Shown: positions 14,454 through 27,999 of the stretch, piece after piece
Layout: every line of letters begins with the position of its first letter
How positions within the stretch are numbered: the stretch's first letter is position 1
Source: Trichosphaerium sp. ATCC 40318
Taxonomy: Eukaryota; Protista; Tubulinea
Assembly: GCA_038496445.1 (NCBI GenBank)
Contig: JALMLS010000466.1
Location: 1-64,000 of the forward strand
DNA length: 64,000 nucleotides
Direction of reading: 5' to 3'
The notes under the pieces: model-generated
Databases searched by the model: none
Seen by the model: only the letters and a program-made list of their open reading frames with translations
Told to the model about the DNA's origin: nothing
Translations under genes and position numbers: made by a program

Positions 14454-16232
14454 ATGGCATCCGACACAAGTTTATCGTTATCATTCGAAATATCGTCTGA
14501 TGAGGTGCGTGACGCTTATTATACGCGTATGTAACAATATACAAGGAATTGGAGCTCGGTTACGTTCCGTTTTCTACTAAACCATCAACAACCACTCACA
14601 GCCCTCCAAAACTAACACCAAAACGAACAAAGGTTAAAAAAAACTGTTTTATTGACTTAACAGGTCCTACTCCTCAAAAAGGCGCGACTGCTACTTGAAA
14701 AACGCCTGAAACTGACATTCGCTGTAGAAAAACGACAAAACTATACAACACCTTCACCAATACGCAGGCCAACGTTTGATTACACCCTTTCGCCTGAGTT
14801 ATCACCGATATCAGACTTATCAGAGTTTAACCTCAGCCCCATCCAAGATTTTCCGGCGTATTCGCCTTTGGCTGTTCCTATGGCATCCAGCTTTCATTCG
14901 CCAACACTGTCCCCAATCTCACCGAGCATATCACCAATAGCAGCACGACTGACATACTCCCCATTGTCGCCAATATCATCACCAATATCATTTGGAAGCT
15001 TGTCTCCAATGTCAGCAACTCTAGACTGCAGGCATAACACTACAAAGACACCAAAGCGTAGCTATGTTAAAAAACAGAATAAGAAGAAACCTGTAGAGGC
15101 CGCGTTCTCAATTCATTCCTTCACAGCACCTAAACAGACTCAGCCCAGAACGAAACAAGCAGTATCCAGAAAAAAAGCAATGACAAAGGAAAAAAGCATT
15201 GACAACATAAAACTTCAACTGGACAAGTAAGTACTTGCCATTTTATCAAATTAAAATAATGCTAATAGTGTGCATTAGGGGATTAGCGAATACTACGGTA
15301 TTTCATACTCTGAGCGTACTTTTTGAAGTCGAACAAAAAAAAACAGATATTGAAAATAGTATCACGTGGGTTAATACTGATAAGGTGTTGTATTCAAAAG
15401 TGTTTGTCTTTTCTCATTACTCTGTAATAGGATATTAAGGAGTCTCTTGGGAATATTGCTATAGTAATGTGTGCGGCACAGTTGTATGATATGATAAAGA
15501 AAGAGAAGTTGACTAGTTTCATAAAAAATGTAAAACAAAAAAATCCAAACATGACGTTAACACTCATTGTCCACGGTACGTCCTTTTTTCAATTAGTTAA
15601 AAAATTACCTCTAATGGTATACTAGGCATACCAGCTTTTCAGGGGTGTTTACCAAAGTCAAAACAAATTAATTTCAACAGACATTTTGCTCGACTTCAAG
15701 TTTTTTGTCATCCACTGTTTATCCGTCAACCTAAAGAAGAATCACAAGCAGCAAGCTTATTAGTCACATTCACAAAAGAGCTTGCATTTAAACCGTATAG
15801 GTACCACAAACCTTAACTCTCTATTATTTCACTCTTTGACTTTTTTAAACCCAGACATGACTTGGCGTCACTTGGATTTTGCTCAGCTACTGTTGGTCGC
15901 TCTGGCACAAATTTAACTGATACGTGGATGCTACAATTATCACAAATCAAAGGTTTATCAGAAGCAGCTGGTAAAGCTATTGTCGCAGAGTACCCAACAT
16001 TTCAAAGTCTTTATACGATTTATAAAGACAACACAAAAACAAAAGGTACAACTTGTTTTATCTCGTTTTTTTCTCATATAAGGGTTTAGAGTACAAGAGT
16101 AAATTACTCGCTTCTCTTGAAATTCCTTCAAAGGCTACTAGCTCAAGAAGTAGTAGGAGATTGGGTCCTGCACTATCAACCAAAGTTTATAATTTTTTTA
16201 CTCTTCCTGGAGATGCTGTACTAGTAAATTGA
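14454..16232 (+). CDS. EME1: EME1/Mms4-like crossover-junction endonuclease regulatory subunit
   Basis: SP-rich N-terminus, inactive ERCC4-like domain ending FTKELAFKPYR, and HhH region WMLQLSQIKGLSEAAGKAIVAEYPTFQSL...RRLGPALSTKVYNFF. Confidence 0.8.
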
Positions 16233-16444
16233 CCGTGTATTTTTATGCTCTTGTTGTCAATTACATTCAGTGTAACTGACGGTTTGAAGTTTGTTGCTAA
16301 TTGAGTGTCAAGTAGTGGTAAAAATGGCGATTTATTGTGGGTTTCAGAGTGCCTCAACCAGGGCATTAGAACCTGCGTATTAATCGTTGCTTTGAGTTGG
16401 CTTAACTCTACAACTTAAGGGTTGTTTCAGAAAATTCAACGCTC

Positions 16445-17531
16445 ATGACACGCTTTCTTCCTCCTGGGTTAATTAACCTATTCGCTCCGCGACCAATGCC
16501 TATTCAACTGGCGCCTATGGCCAAGAAAGAATGCCCAAAATACGATGGGTTGGCCGGTTTTATTGACCGATTTGAAGGCTATGACTACGAGCCAAGCCCC
16601 AAGCCCGAGGTGCCATTATCGCTTCAAGGAACAGTGCGCAGAGAATCTCTACAAAAGCGCAAGCGTGAAGAACGGCTAGGAGAGGAGAAAGAGAATATTG
16701 CCAAGAAAGTAAAGCTTTGGGACCCTTACAGTGAACCTAAAGCAACTGGTGATGCTTATAAGACGTTAATTGCTGCAAGAATTTCATACGAGACATCTGA
16801 GCAGACGTTGAAACGCGAATTCGAAAAGTATGGCCCTGTGAAGTCCATTCGAATGGTTTACGATCTAGAGGTACTCTACAATTTTTTTTAAAGGCTTAGG
16901 TACGTTGCTGACCTTCTTTAAGGGTAAACCACGCGGTTACGCTTTTATTGAGTACGAAAGAGAGCGTGACATGCGTACTGCATACAAAGAGGCAGATGGC
17001 CAAAAAATCGATGGCAAACGTGTTCTGGTTGACGTAGAGCGTGGTAGAACAGGTGCGTAGCAAGTTTAAACAATAAAAGCTTTGTTTTGTTTGTAGATTA
17101 CTCCTAACCATTGCATAGTGAGCGACTGGAAGCCAAGACGCTTTGGCGGTGGAAAAGGAGGAACACGTAAAGGTGGCGAGAGAGATAACGTAAAATACTC
17201 AGGAAGAGAGCCTCCAAGAAGAAGTAGTGGTACGTTTAAAGCGTTTACACGTTTTGCTTCAATACTAACAAAAACAGACGATCGCAGACGCGATGACCGT
17301 AGAGGCGGTGACCGTAGAGGCTATGATAGAGGTGATAGACGTGGTGGGTACGACAGACGAAGAGATAGTTACAATGACAGACGTGGTGGTGATAGACGCA
17401 GTTACAACAATGATCGCCGTGGTGGGTATGATCGTGATCGCTCTGATCGTAGAGATCGTGGTGATAGAAGATCCTACGGAGGCCGTGATGGCGGTTATGA
17501 CCGCCGCGATGATCGTAGACGCGACAGATGA
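16445..17531 (+). CDS. SNRNP70: U1 snRNP 70 kDa protein (3 introns)
   Basis: [17 protein letters not shown]; WDP...TGDAYKTL; RRM with [11 protein letters not shown]; [24 protein letters not shown]; RD-rich tail. Confidence 0.97.
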
Positions 17532-18107
17532 TGATATTGCCTTGCCCCGTACGCTGCTTGGAGGTACAAGCGGGTACAAGACTACCATTTTTTGAAAAAC
17601 AAAAAAAAAAAGAAAAAAAAACTTGAGGTGTTTCTCGCTTCGAAGCAGATGTAATAATAAGAGGTTTGTACGTAAAAAAACATGGTACGGTTGTACGTCA
17701 TTCGATGTGTCATATGTGGTGGGTACTGTGAGTAGTCTAGTAATGGCTTTGGTATTGGAGTGCAGCTATGGCACCAACCGTTTTTTTTTTCTTTACATGA
17801 GAGCCAAAAAAATTGTGCTACGGCATAGTTGGCCAACAATTTACCGAGGTCAATAGTACCATTGATCTAGGTTCTTCCCAGGCGAGCGCAATAACACAAG
17901 AATTGATAGAACAGTCTTCAATTTGAAAAAAACGTGCGTATTTGATAGATACATTTGTTTTTTCCGTAAAGCGATAAACGGTGTCAAATAAATCTCAGGT
18001 TTCGGTATTTCGAATCAAATTTTCTTTGTACAAGTTCAAGTTTGCCCTTGAGGTAAATATTCATCAACATATTGGTTGTATTAAAAAGGAGGTAGTAGAA
18101 CGATTTT

Positions 18108-18957
18108 CTAGGCGTTTTCATTGAGCTCTGTAGATTCCAATTCATCATAAACTTTTCGCCATTTAACATTGACTTCTTCTTCTTTGGCCATAACTACAAA
18201 TAAAGTCAACACTTGCAACATATTTAATTAATAGAATCATCAACGTACCTTTAAGCTTTTCAACCCATTTTTCTACTTCCTAAGCGTAGTATTGAGTGTT
18301 TAATTATTTTCAAAGTCTTCGAAAACTTTTTTTTTTTGATAATTTCATTTTGACGTACAGACTTCAATATACTTTCAGGTACTTCAGCCCATGTGTCTTT
18401 GCTTTCCTCTTTTTCGAAGTACTTTGGTAGTTTGTGTAAGATGTTGCTGTGTAGTGTCAAGGTGTAAAAATTCGTATTTTGTTTTGAAAATTATTAGCTG
18501 ACAATAAAGGTCATGAAGGATACGCGTTTTTGAGCAACAATGTGTGGCATTTTCTTAATTTTGGTTCGTTCAGGTCCAATTTTTGTTTGTTGACAATATC
18601 AAGAACCAATAAGTTTACATGAGCGTCTAGGTCTATCACTGGTTTCCTCTCGCCGAATTTTGGGAGTTTATCTGAGCCTAGTTACAAACTACGCTTAAAT
18701 TTGGTTCGTACGATTTGTCCAGACCCATTTAGGTGGTGTATATACAATGCCGCAGCCTAGGCAACTTTAGAACCAATTTTCTCGCTAAATCGTACCCTTT
18801 TTGTGTCTGCGATGTATGTTTCTCTTCTCTACAGTGGCGACTTCTAGCGGGAGTTTTGAGCATAATAATAATTTAATTTAGACTACGCACTGAGTTTAGG
18901 CGTAACCACGGTGCTACGTGAACAATTCAGTCGAGATACAGCCGCCAACCTGTTCAT
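18108..18957 (-). CDS. Uncharacterised protein with a mitochondrial-type presequence; 7 exons, one U12 intron
   Basis: Splicing gives one open frame, MNRLAAVSRLNCSRSTVVTPKLKVATVEKRNIHRRHKKG...LLLKNANILHKLPKYFEKEE...ENA*. The N-terminus is R/S-rich and acid-poor. Confidence 0.6.
18447..18523 (-). other. U12-type (minor spliceosomal) GT-AG intron
   Basis: Donor GTATCCTT; branch region TTTTACACCTTGAC with the A 11 nt from the AG; no polypyrimidine tract after the branch; phase 2; removal restores the frame. Confidence 0.85.
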
Positions 18958-19750
18958 AATGGTTTTTGGTCAAGCTGACTTGATACGACCAACGGAATAA
19001 AAATGCTCAGAATCGATCCAAAATATTGTTTTAACGCAGTAATTACACCTTTACGCCAATTAATACGCGTTTATAAACAGTGGGTGTTAAAGTTGCAAGA
19101 TTAAATGTTCGTGTAAAGTAATTGCACCTCACGTGACAAGTTGGTGTCACGATGGTTTTAAGCTGGTTCATGGTAACGAAAGTAATAAAGAAACTTGTTT
19201 GCTCTTGAGAATCGAAACAGCTTGAATAAACTTTTAAGAAGTTCGGTTTTGTTTAGTCACTAAGTAGAGAACAAGTATCACTAGCGTTCACTTGTAGTAC
19301 CACTCATAAGCCTAGAGTGCTTTGATAAAACAAACCTTCAAATTGCCACAGTGGGTAACTATTGGCACATTGTGTGCGACCAGGCATAAACAATTACAGT
19401 TTGCCTTAAAACTATATTCACGTGAAAAGCACATGATTATACGCTACAGTGGAATCTTTCCACCGGTTTTCACGAATACAACATGGAAATCATGATGAAT
19501 GATAGTGGCTTGTCGTGAGCACTTTTGAAAAGTTTTTCAGCCAGGAAAATCAACGAAATCTACGTTCTTTCATTTATCACTGAATACGACGTTATCATTT
19601 GGGTCAAACAACTTTATGCGACAACAAATTAACCAGTTACAGCATTAGCTTAAAAATTTATTGGCCGTTCATACATTGTCAGGGCTCCTGTTTATACTGT
19701 ATCTACTGTACGATATACTACTCCTACGTACGCTAAAACGAGCTAGAACC

Positions 19751-19987
19751 ATGCCACGTTTAATTCGAGTGACTATACAAACTCTTACTGGCGCTGCCGT
19801 GTGTGTTGATATTGATCCTACATTCACTGTTTTACAATTAAAACAAAGGATATACGACATTGAAGGTATACCTCCTGATGAGCAGCGTCTAATATTTGGT
19901 GGTCGAGAACTCAAAGATGATAGAACACTAGCGTCGTATAACATAAAAAATAACTCTACCATACATCTCGTAGTATTGATCAGATGA
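19751..19987 (+). CDS. Ubiquitin/NEDD8-like protein lacking the C-terminal diglycine
   Basis: IQTLTG...[53 protein letters not shown]. Confidence 0.8.
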   Translation: MPRLIRVTIQTLTGAAVCVDIDPTFTVLQLKQRIYDIEGIPPDEQRLIFGGRELKDDRTLASYNIKNNSTIHLVVLIR

Positions 19988-20528
19988 AGTAAAAACACGT
20001 GCTTTGTGTAAAATAAGCAAAACCGATTAAACCGTTTTTGTTCAAAAAGTTATAACTCAACGCCTTCTCTATATTCAGAGAAGTATTTCAGCACGTACAT
20101 AACGTCCACAAAGAGCGAGGGTACTACTCTGGCGATTTAGTTTGTACAAAAAAAGGAATAAAAACATTTCAGCTTCTTTTTTGGTTTGTCATTACTGTCC
20201 AAGGTTGCACCAGAAGAGCAACCTTGATTTCTTCAACACCTTGTGGCCGTACTTGTAATGGTATTTGTTTCTGACAAGACGTTCATTATCTCCATCGGTG
20301 GTTGAAGGAGCAAGCGCTTTAAGCTTGCGTAAGGTACAACAGGTGTCAAAGTAATATTACAAAAAGACGAAGGAAGAGTGGTTTCAAAACAAGTGTGTTG
20401 AGTATCATACATCTTCTAAATGCTTGAATCGTACGTTGTCCAGATACATAAAATCCTGTTCGTCTGGCTTTAATAGCAGAAGAAAGTCAATAGCAGTCTA
20501 TTCTCTCAGAGATTAGATTCAACACAAG

Positions 20529-21569
20529 ATGGATTTTGCGTGCTGCTCTTGGTGCTACACAAAGGTTAGAGATGGGTCACCATGCTTTAAGTGTAGTAAA
20601 TGTAGGAAACGGTTATACTGCGGTAAACAATGTCAAAAAGATGACTGGAGCGCTCATAAAGTGTTTTGCGGGAAAGTCGGGGAGATATATTGCGATTGGG
20701 AGGTGCGAAAGTGCGATTACGTCAATGGTCTTGGTGTCTTTGCTCTCAGAGACTTTAAGGCAAACGAAGCTTTGATGGTTGAACGACCTGTCATTGCTAG
20801 TGATAGCACTCTTTCAGGTCTTGCAGTTGTGCTGCAAACCAAACCTCTAAGAGAATCAGAGTCCGAAGCAGTCTCCAAACTTACTCCCGAAGGGAACATT
20901 GTGGAGAAATTTAGTCGAAACAGCATCAGTCTGTCTGATGATAGCGAAAAAGCTGGACTGTTCGTTCATATGTCGCGTATCAATCACCATTGTTTGGGTA
21001 ACACGATGCATAAGTATATCCCAAAGTACAACGTGAAATTACTTGTTACAACACGTGCTATATCAAAGGGAGAGGAAATTACTTTTTCGTATCATTGGGC
21101 GGCATCAGGAAGAAAGGCTTTTATTCAAAAAGCATGGAACTTCACTTGCACGTGTGATGTCTGCCAAGACCCTGATAAAACAGCCGAACTAGACCGTGTG
21201 TTCGAGCTTGACGAGAACGTCATCAAGTACTTAAATTGTCATGTGTCTTCGCGAGAGAAACTTACACAATCTGTTAGGTTTGGAAGAATGGGTCAAATAC
21301 GAAAAGCTGTTCTGTGCGGCAAAGCGTTGATTAGTCTATACGATAAACTCAGTCTTTCTCATACGTTGTACAGCAGGACATACTATGACTTGTATCAGTT
21401 GGCTATTTCAAGACGTAGTATGTTCAGCAAAGCAAAGGAATACATTCAACTCGCAGCCAAATATAAACTTAGCTTCTACAACAACACTCCGTGTGCTGAT
21501 TTGCAAACACTTCTTAACTACAGAGATGATCCTAAATCCCACTATGCATACGGAATGATGGGTAATTAG
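20529..21569 (+). CDS. MYND zinc finger plus SET domain lysine methyltransferase (SMYD-like)
   Basis: MYND cysteines CSKCRKRLYCGKQCQKDDWSAHKVFC. SET motifs GLGVFA, SRINHHC and GEEITFSY; post-SET FTCTCDVC. One likely in-frame intron at about 21227-21277. Confidence 0.9.
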   Translation: MDFACCSWCYTKVRDGSPCFKCSKCRKRLYCGKQCQKDDWSAHKVFCGKVGEIYCDWEVRKCDYVNGLGVFALRDFKANEALMVERPVIASDSTLSGLAVVLQTKPLRESESEAVSKLTPEGNIVEKFSRNSISLSDDSEKAGLFVHMSRINHHCLGNTMHKYIPKYNVKLLVTTRAISKGEEITFSYHWAASGRKAFIQKAWNFTCTCDVCQDPDKTAELDRVFELDENVIKYLNCHVSSREKLTQSVRFGRMGQIRKAVLCGKALISLYDKLSLSHTLYSRTYYDLYQLAISRRSMFSKAKEYIQLAAKYKLSFYNNTPCADLQTLLNYRDDPKSHYAYGMMGN

Positions 21570-21965
21570 TAAACTAAACACTATCAATAAACTACTAGCA
21601 ACGTTAAAGTTCATAACTCAAATTTTGAAGTGGTTAAAGATTGTTCAATTGAATTCACCTATTGCGAACATCAACATAAAAAAAAACAAGGCCTTTTAAG
21701 AAAAAAACCCGAATTCGTGCCTCAAAGTCTACGTCCTCGAATTTAATTCCATAAGAGCCTCATTTTTTTACGGGCAAATATTTCATCACCCTAAACTATC
21801 ACATGCAACAACCTACATCTTAAACTAATTATGCTGTACGTAGCTATATGGAGTGGATAGCAACAAGATTGTTTTTGTTTTATTTATGCCAATCGATAGG
21901 CTTTTACTAAAGTGATATCACGTGTTACAAAACTGTCTGCAAGAGTGCTAAGACTTGTTTACCCT

Positions 21966-22739
21966 TTACTCTGGCTTTTTCTTTGGTGCAGCTTTCTTTG
22001 GTTTTTTTGTAACCTTCTCATCATCGTCATCTAGTTCAGACACCTTTCTTTTTTTTTTGGTCGCGTTCCTTTTAGGTCTCGTTTTCCTCACTTCCTTCTT
22101 CTCATTTTTTTCATCTTCTTGATCGTCATCACCCATTAGATCACGTATATGTTTTGGTATTGGAGCATTAGCCCAACATGTCATCTCAACATGCTCATTT
22201 ATATTTTCAATAACTTTAATCTTTTCAGGCTTTCTACCTTTTCCTTTGTAGTTCAAACTATCACCTAATTGTCCCACAGAAACAAATGGAAACAAAGGCT
22301 TTGCTGATGATGTCAACCATGCATCATACTTACAGTGGCTAGGCCCAAAAACAGCTACCTGTTTTCCATTATGAAAGTAAGTAATACTCCTGTCTTGAGT
22401 CGGCTGAGCGTCAAATAAAACGCCGATAGTGTCATAAGCAGAAATCTGTATTCCAACGCCATTTCGTCCATGACTTCCTTCTGATGATGCATAGCTGACC
22501 TCAAAGTCGTTTCCGTTGATGTAAAAGCGCTCAGAGCCATCTTCAGTTTTAACGCCCAGATCGGTGTATGCGTAGTTGTATTTCTTTTTAAACTCTTTGA
22601 GTGTCAATTCCCAGTAGTGTTTGCCGCTATTAAAGCCTTCTGGGCCTACTCCTTCCCACTGCATCCATGTTTTTTGCTTTTCAACGTCATTGTCCCACTC
22701 CCAGTGGTGTAGTTTAATTTTGGCGGGCTGATTATCCAT
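21966..22739 (-). CDS. Intronless SPRY/B30.2-domain protein with a basic, NLS-like tail
   Basis: GFNSGKHYWEL, DTIGVLFD, ITYFHNGKQ and LFPFVSV; K/R-rich C-terminus (KKKRK). Confidence 0.8.
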   Translation of the reverse strand: MDNQPAKIKLHHWEWDNDVEKQKTWMQWEGVGPEGFNSGKHYWELTLKEFKKKYNYAYTDLGVKTEDGSERFYINGNDFEVSYASSEGSHGRNGVGIQISAYDTIGVLFDAQPTQDRSITYFHNGKQVAVFGPSHCKYDAWLTSSAKPLFPFVSVGQLGDSLNYKGKGRKPEKIKVIENINEHVEMTCWANAPIPKHIRDLMGDDDQEDEKNEKKEVRKTRPKRNATKKKRKVSELDDDDEKVTKKPKKAAPKKKPE

Positions 22740-23295
22740 TCTTTCTCCACAATAGCTTGATTCTATAGACGAAAGTCTCTGATGAGTTAGCGATACTGCA
22801 GCGTTGGTATAAAGCGTAAATAGAAGAGATCTGATAAGTACGTTGACACTAACTTGTCAACAATTTCTCTGAATATTCACTGTTCTGGCAACCGTGGTTT
22901 AAAAAACAGAAATAAAACAACACATCACTCTTCTCGCTAAATTGCTAAGAGCCACCATTGACTTAAAAAACTCGCTTGGTGCAAATCAACTGTTGTACAA
23001 AAAGGGTTCCAAAACACCCACGTGATTTCGGACAAGTAGAACATAACATGTGGCCGAATTTCAAAAAGTGCGTTTTGACCCACAACGTTCTTGGTTTGTA
23101 AACTCAGAGTCAGAGTAGAAGAAAGCACATATCTTGCCTGGAAAAGCTTGGAGCTAATGGACACTGTCTGAATGTGGAGCACAAGAATCTTTAAAGGTTT
23201 GTTTCTCAAGTGTTTTTTTTTCTTTGAAATTTTTTCGTTTTGGTTATTTACAATCTCTATTATTACAACATTGCCTTGGTGTTTTTTTTTCTTTA

Positions 23296-26200
23296 TCACG
23301 TGGCCATCAAAGATGTTACAGGTTTCAAAGTTTTGTAGAAGTTAATAACAAACTTGTTTGTTCTGATGACATGTCTATTTATTGGTTCAATCAACCTCAA
23401 GCTCTAAATTGTAACAAATTATTATCACACTGTATTTTGCAAAATACCATGTGTTATTTATTTACATACCTCAAGTGACCTTGCTCTACTCAATGCCACA
23501 TATGCTTGACCTTCAGAGAATACAGTCTTCAAACTATGACAATACTAGTGAGCTCTTGATTGAAATAATTATAATTTTCAAAAAACAAAAAGGGTTGACT
23601 TCTGTGTTGCGTATTAGCACGTACCTGACTTCAAGTCTATCGATGGTCATGCCTTGACTTTTGTGGATAGATAACGCCCATGCCAACGTTAATGGAACCT
23701 GCCATGATATCAGCAAATAAGAAACAATGGGGAAATATCTCGTGTTTAAAGTACCTGTTCTCTCCAGTTCTCTTTGTTATGTGCATCCATCCATTTTTCG
23801 GGAGTGATAACAACTGTTCTTTGATTTGAAAATTCAACAACTGGTAGAATCCTCTGCTTGGCTTCAACGAACTCAAACCCAACTACTTTACCTGTAATAC
23901 TACCATCAATGTAATGATATTCAGCAAAGTAATACGTACCACGAGCACCATTGACAAGACCATCACGAATATTGAGGTTTTTCACCAAAACAACCTTTTC
24001 CAAAAATAAGTTTTTTTAAGGTTCTCGTTTTGAAAAATAGTTGAACACCATCCTTTTGAGCATGGCTTCGTTCAAAATATATTTGCTGATTGCTACGTAC
24101 TTGCGCATTTTTCTTTAATGTTAGTTTTTTAGCAGCAGGACAAAAGTTATCAGTTAGGGATCTACCTTTGTCTACAGCACTATTTTTGTATAACAAACAA
24201 GTTAGTTGAAATCGTTCAATGAATATGTCAAAGAATCTGAATTTGCTGCATACGTGAAAGTTATAGCATCCCCAGGTAGTTCTTCTAAGTAACGATTGTT
24301 TAGTGCTTTGACTTCTTTTGTACGAGAGTCTGAAGTGAAAGGTCAGTAATAAAAAAACCACCAAAGTGTTCTAATGTATTGTACGCACAAAGACGTGTTG
24401 GGAGAATGCCGTCACTTGGAAATGTTGTTCCCATCGTATTGTTTAATATTGATATAGCATTTTGTGATATATTAGCTTCTCTGATTTCCTGGAGTACGCC
24501 CTGAAACACTTTGTCTTTTTGACGAAAAATCGTTGTGAGAAGAAATCGATTTGTGATCAGCTGTAACAATGTAAGCATGATTAAGGAATATTTAAAGGTA
24601 TAACACTTACATCTGACCAAGGTTTTGTTTGAAAGCATAAACGAGATCCTTGCACAGGTGGAAGCTGAAAAAAATCTCCACAAAGAATCATCTAAACCAA
24701 TCAAAAAAAAGTGAGTAAACAGAATTTGTTGCTTAAAAAGAGGTTCACCTGTAACCCTCCAAAAGGTTTTTCTGGATCTTTCACACCTATAATTCTATTA
24801 GTGAGTGATCTTCATATTTATTACGTTTACCTCTAGCGATATAATCAATTTTTTCAAAGAGTTCTGCGCTTATCATTGAGATCTCATCAATTATCAGAAC
24901 TTTTGTATTCATCCATCGTCGCAATGTTGTCGGTGTGCCTTTGACCTGCTGAAGTAACGCCTAAATCTAACATTAATGTGTTCAAATGTTCGCGTTATTT
25001 GTACCTCAGCTGATTTTGATCCATTACCGATACCTCCAAAGGCATAAATTGTTGATCCGCCAACACCACATGCAGCTATTTTAAAAATTATTAGTTCAAA
25101 GGCTTCGAAACGAAACTATTACCTATGCCAGTAGGCGCTGTTATATGAACTTTACTAGCACCATGTCTTTGCCGAAGAGCCAATACTATCTCTTTTAATA
25201 AGAAAGACTTTCCTGTGCCTAAGAGAGTTGATGTTAATCAAGTCATGTCTTATGCTGAAAATTACTATAAACAATGTCCACGTACCAGCTGCACCAGTAA
25301 AGAAAAATGAATGTTCTAATATGGCTTGTTCGAGTATCCATCTTTGTTCCTTGGACAAGTCCTTGCTAGGTTCAAGTGTCTATAGACAGGGATAAGTCCA
25401 AAACTAAAATGAAAAATTGTTTCAAACCTGTTGAATTTGTAGTTGTGGCATTCGCCCAAAAACGCGCTTATCAGCCTTAAGATCAAAGTTTCCAATACCA
25501 GACTTTGTGTTGGTGCCATTATTTGTAATAATGAGTGGTGTACCTATCACAAAAAAACACTAGATCAATCACAAAGACTCATCAAAAAATCAAAAAAAAA
25601 AAAAAAACATACCACGAAACCTTGAAATGCCGCTTTCTGAAACAGGAGCCACGTTTGTTGGTTCAACAGAAGATCTTACTTTAAATGTCTTAGATTGTTG
25701 TTGAGGTTGAATTATAGATACAGGAGGTGCTGCAAAGACCATGGAAGGAGCAGTGTTAATGTTATTTGCAGGAGCAGGATCTTGTGCTGCCAATCCGCCA
25801 TTCCAAAATACATTTGTGTTAGCTACACCAGGTGTACCACTATACCCAGGTGTAGCTTTAAAACCACTGAATATCCCAAAAGCAGGTGAATGCTCTGAGG
25901 TATTTACACTTACATTTTGTCTCAGTTGCATTCCTTGACCAATAAAAGTTTGCGTTTTCTTCCCTGCCTTTGGCATTGGCGATAACTTCATTGCAGCTCC
26001 CTTTTTTAACACTGATGGCTGCCCCTGCGCTTTGAAACGATTTGAATTATCTCCAATATTAGTTGAGTCATTTTTTGGAGCAGTAGGGCGCTGAGACATC
26101 GACGAACTTTGTGCAGCAGAAATTTTAGTCTTTTTTGGTGATGTTGTTCTGTTTGTTTTTGTTCTATAATCCGGAACAATAGTGTTCTCACCAAGTGATA

Positions 26201-26870
26201 AAGCACCTTTATCGCTCTTTATCTTACCATGCATAAGAAGAGCTCCAACAACCTCCCTTAAAGACTTCTCATTATGAACCTTTGTACGCTTGTACGCTCC
26301 GTATAAAGGGTGTAACTTGATGTCTAAACCATGTGGCCCTCTTAAAACTTGTGGGTCTCCCATTAGAACTCCAGCAACAACCTTTGAAGATAACCCAGGA
26401 AAATCATTAACTACTGATAAAACAAGTTTATGTCCTTGCTTCATTTTTAGTGGTGATGGTGGTAGCCTTGATCCAGGTTTTTGTTTGCCGGCAGAAAAAA
26501 AAGAAGTGAGTTTATCAGTTCGCTTCTTGTTCAAAAGCGATGGCATCTGTTGTTGGGAACGCATAGGATTGGCAACATTGTTTGTTTGTAATGATTGCTG
26601 ATCATTCCGTGGTGGATTTATACTAGGCTTAGGCATCTGCACGTGCGTCTGTACGGAAGGAGAGGTCGGTTGACTCGGTGAGTATCTCATACGAACTGGT
26701 GGCTGTGGACGCATTGCAGTTTGTGGTGGCTGTTGCCTTTGATGTGGTGATTGCGGTGTTGGTTGGATAGGTGCTGCTTGCGTTGCTTCTAGTCTTGGTC
26801 GTTTATTCTGTGATAGACCACGCGGAGACTGTACGGTGCGGTTTGATCTTGAACGTTTTCGTACAGGCAT
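23296..26870 (-). CDS. PIF1: Pif1-family 5'-3' DNA helicase with a long disordered N-terminus
   Basis: Motifs FFTGAAGTGKS, TAPTGIAA, LIIDEISM, FGGLQMILCGDFFQLP, LTTIFRQKD, LVNGARG, QVPLTLAWALSIHKSQGMT and GQAYVALSRA. Confidence 0.93.
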
Positions 26871-27999
26871 TACTGGAATTTCTAGTTCTTCAGATTCTTG
26901 TTGCGATAGAACGTTTTCTATTTGTTCTTGTTAGACAAAATTGCAATGAAGGGCTAGGTCACGTGACGATCAAACTATAAGGTTAATAAATGCCCCACTG
27001 ACGCACCTAGGGCCGCGGATACGCGTGGAGCAAGCTTTGAGAGCACCTCAAACGTTGCAAGGCAGATATTGCCGAATCATTACCAATTAAACCTACGATG
27101 ATTTTAATGAGCGTCAGGGCATTACGTTACGCTTACCTAGTAACAGAATAGCGTTTTTCTTTACTTGCGGTTGAGTTTCGACATGTAGGCGGTTTAACAG
27201 ACGATTTTGAATGTGTTGAAATGTATTTGATGCTGGTAATGGTATTATAAGGGTTTTAATCGCAATAAGCTCGTACGTATTGTGTTTGTTTTTGCGGCCT
27301 TCAAAAGCAGTACCAATGCCTTGAATATGCTTAAACACATTATACAAACGCTAACGTACTGTGTTTCGTGTTGTCCATTCATCATTCGCTAATTGCCTAC
27401 AATAATTCTGTACTTGAACAAGCGACAGCATCACAGTCGCGTAAGCGGCGTGAATTTGTAAGTTGTTTCTTTCCAATAAAAACTCAAACTACAACAAAAA
27501 GTCAAAGAATTTCACTTGTCTGTAGTGTTAGCAGCAGTGAGCGCGCACGCGAGTCTGTAGACCGCTGTACGTTGGTATGTACATGTACTTTTTAACATTC
27601 TCAGAATCGTAAAGTGTAGTTGTAAGAATATAAATTATTGAAGTTGACAGCTTGTTATTTATTTTTCGGTTCACATAGTATCATTTATATGTCAACTGTT
27701 TGACACACTATTTGCACCATGCAAAAGACTCCACCCTCAAGTAACCACATTTATAACTTCTACAATATGATACGGATTTAGATAGTTATGACATAACCAA
27801 AAGTTTTTTTGTAGAATTAAAACCTAAATTATGACGAATGTTGTACGTCAATCCACTTTCGAACAATAGAAATTTTAAACAAGCTTTTAAAGCGGAGAAA
27901 CTACTCCGTACTGTATTGCTTATATAACGTACAAAAAACGCGGAGGCTTACCGTCTTCGTACATTAAATAACACGTGAAACTCGGCTGATTTTATTTTT

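Noticed and set aside
17265-17595. Overlapping alternative-frame and antisense ORFs
   Set aside because: Shadows of the RD-repeat tail of U1-70K.
19492-19583. Possible C/D box snoRNA (ATGATGA...CTGA)
   Set aside because: No terminal stem and no convincing rRNA guide could be identified by eye.
20278-20305. Downstream GGT GGT TGA as a spliced diglycine exon for the ubiquitin-like gene
   Set aside because: It would need a weak acceptor with the branch too close and gives wrong spacing to the GG; likely chance.
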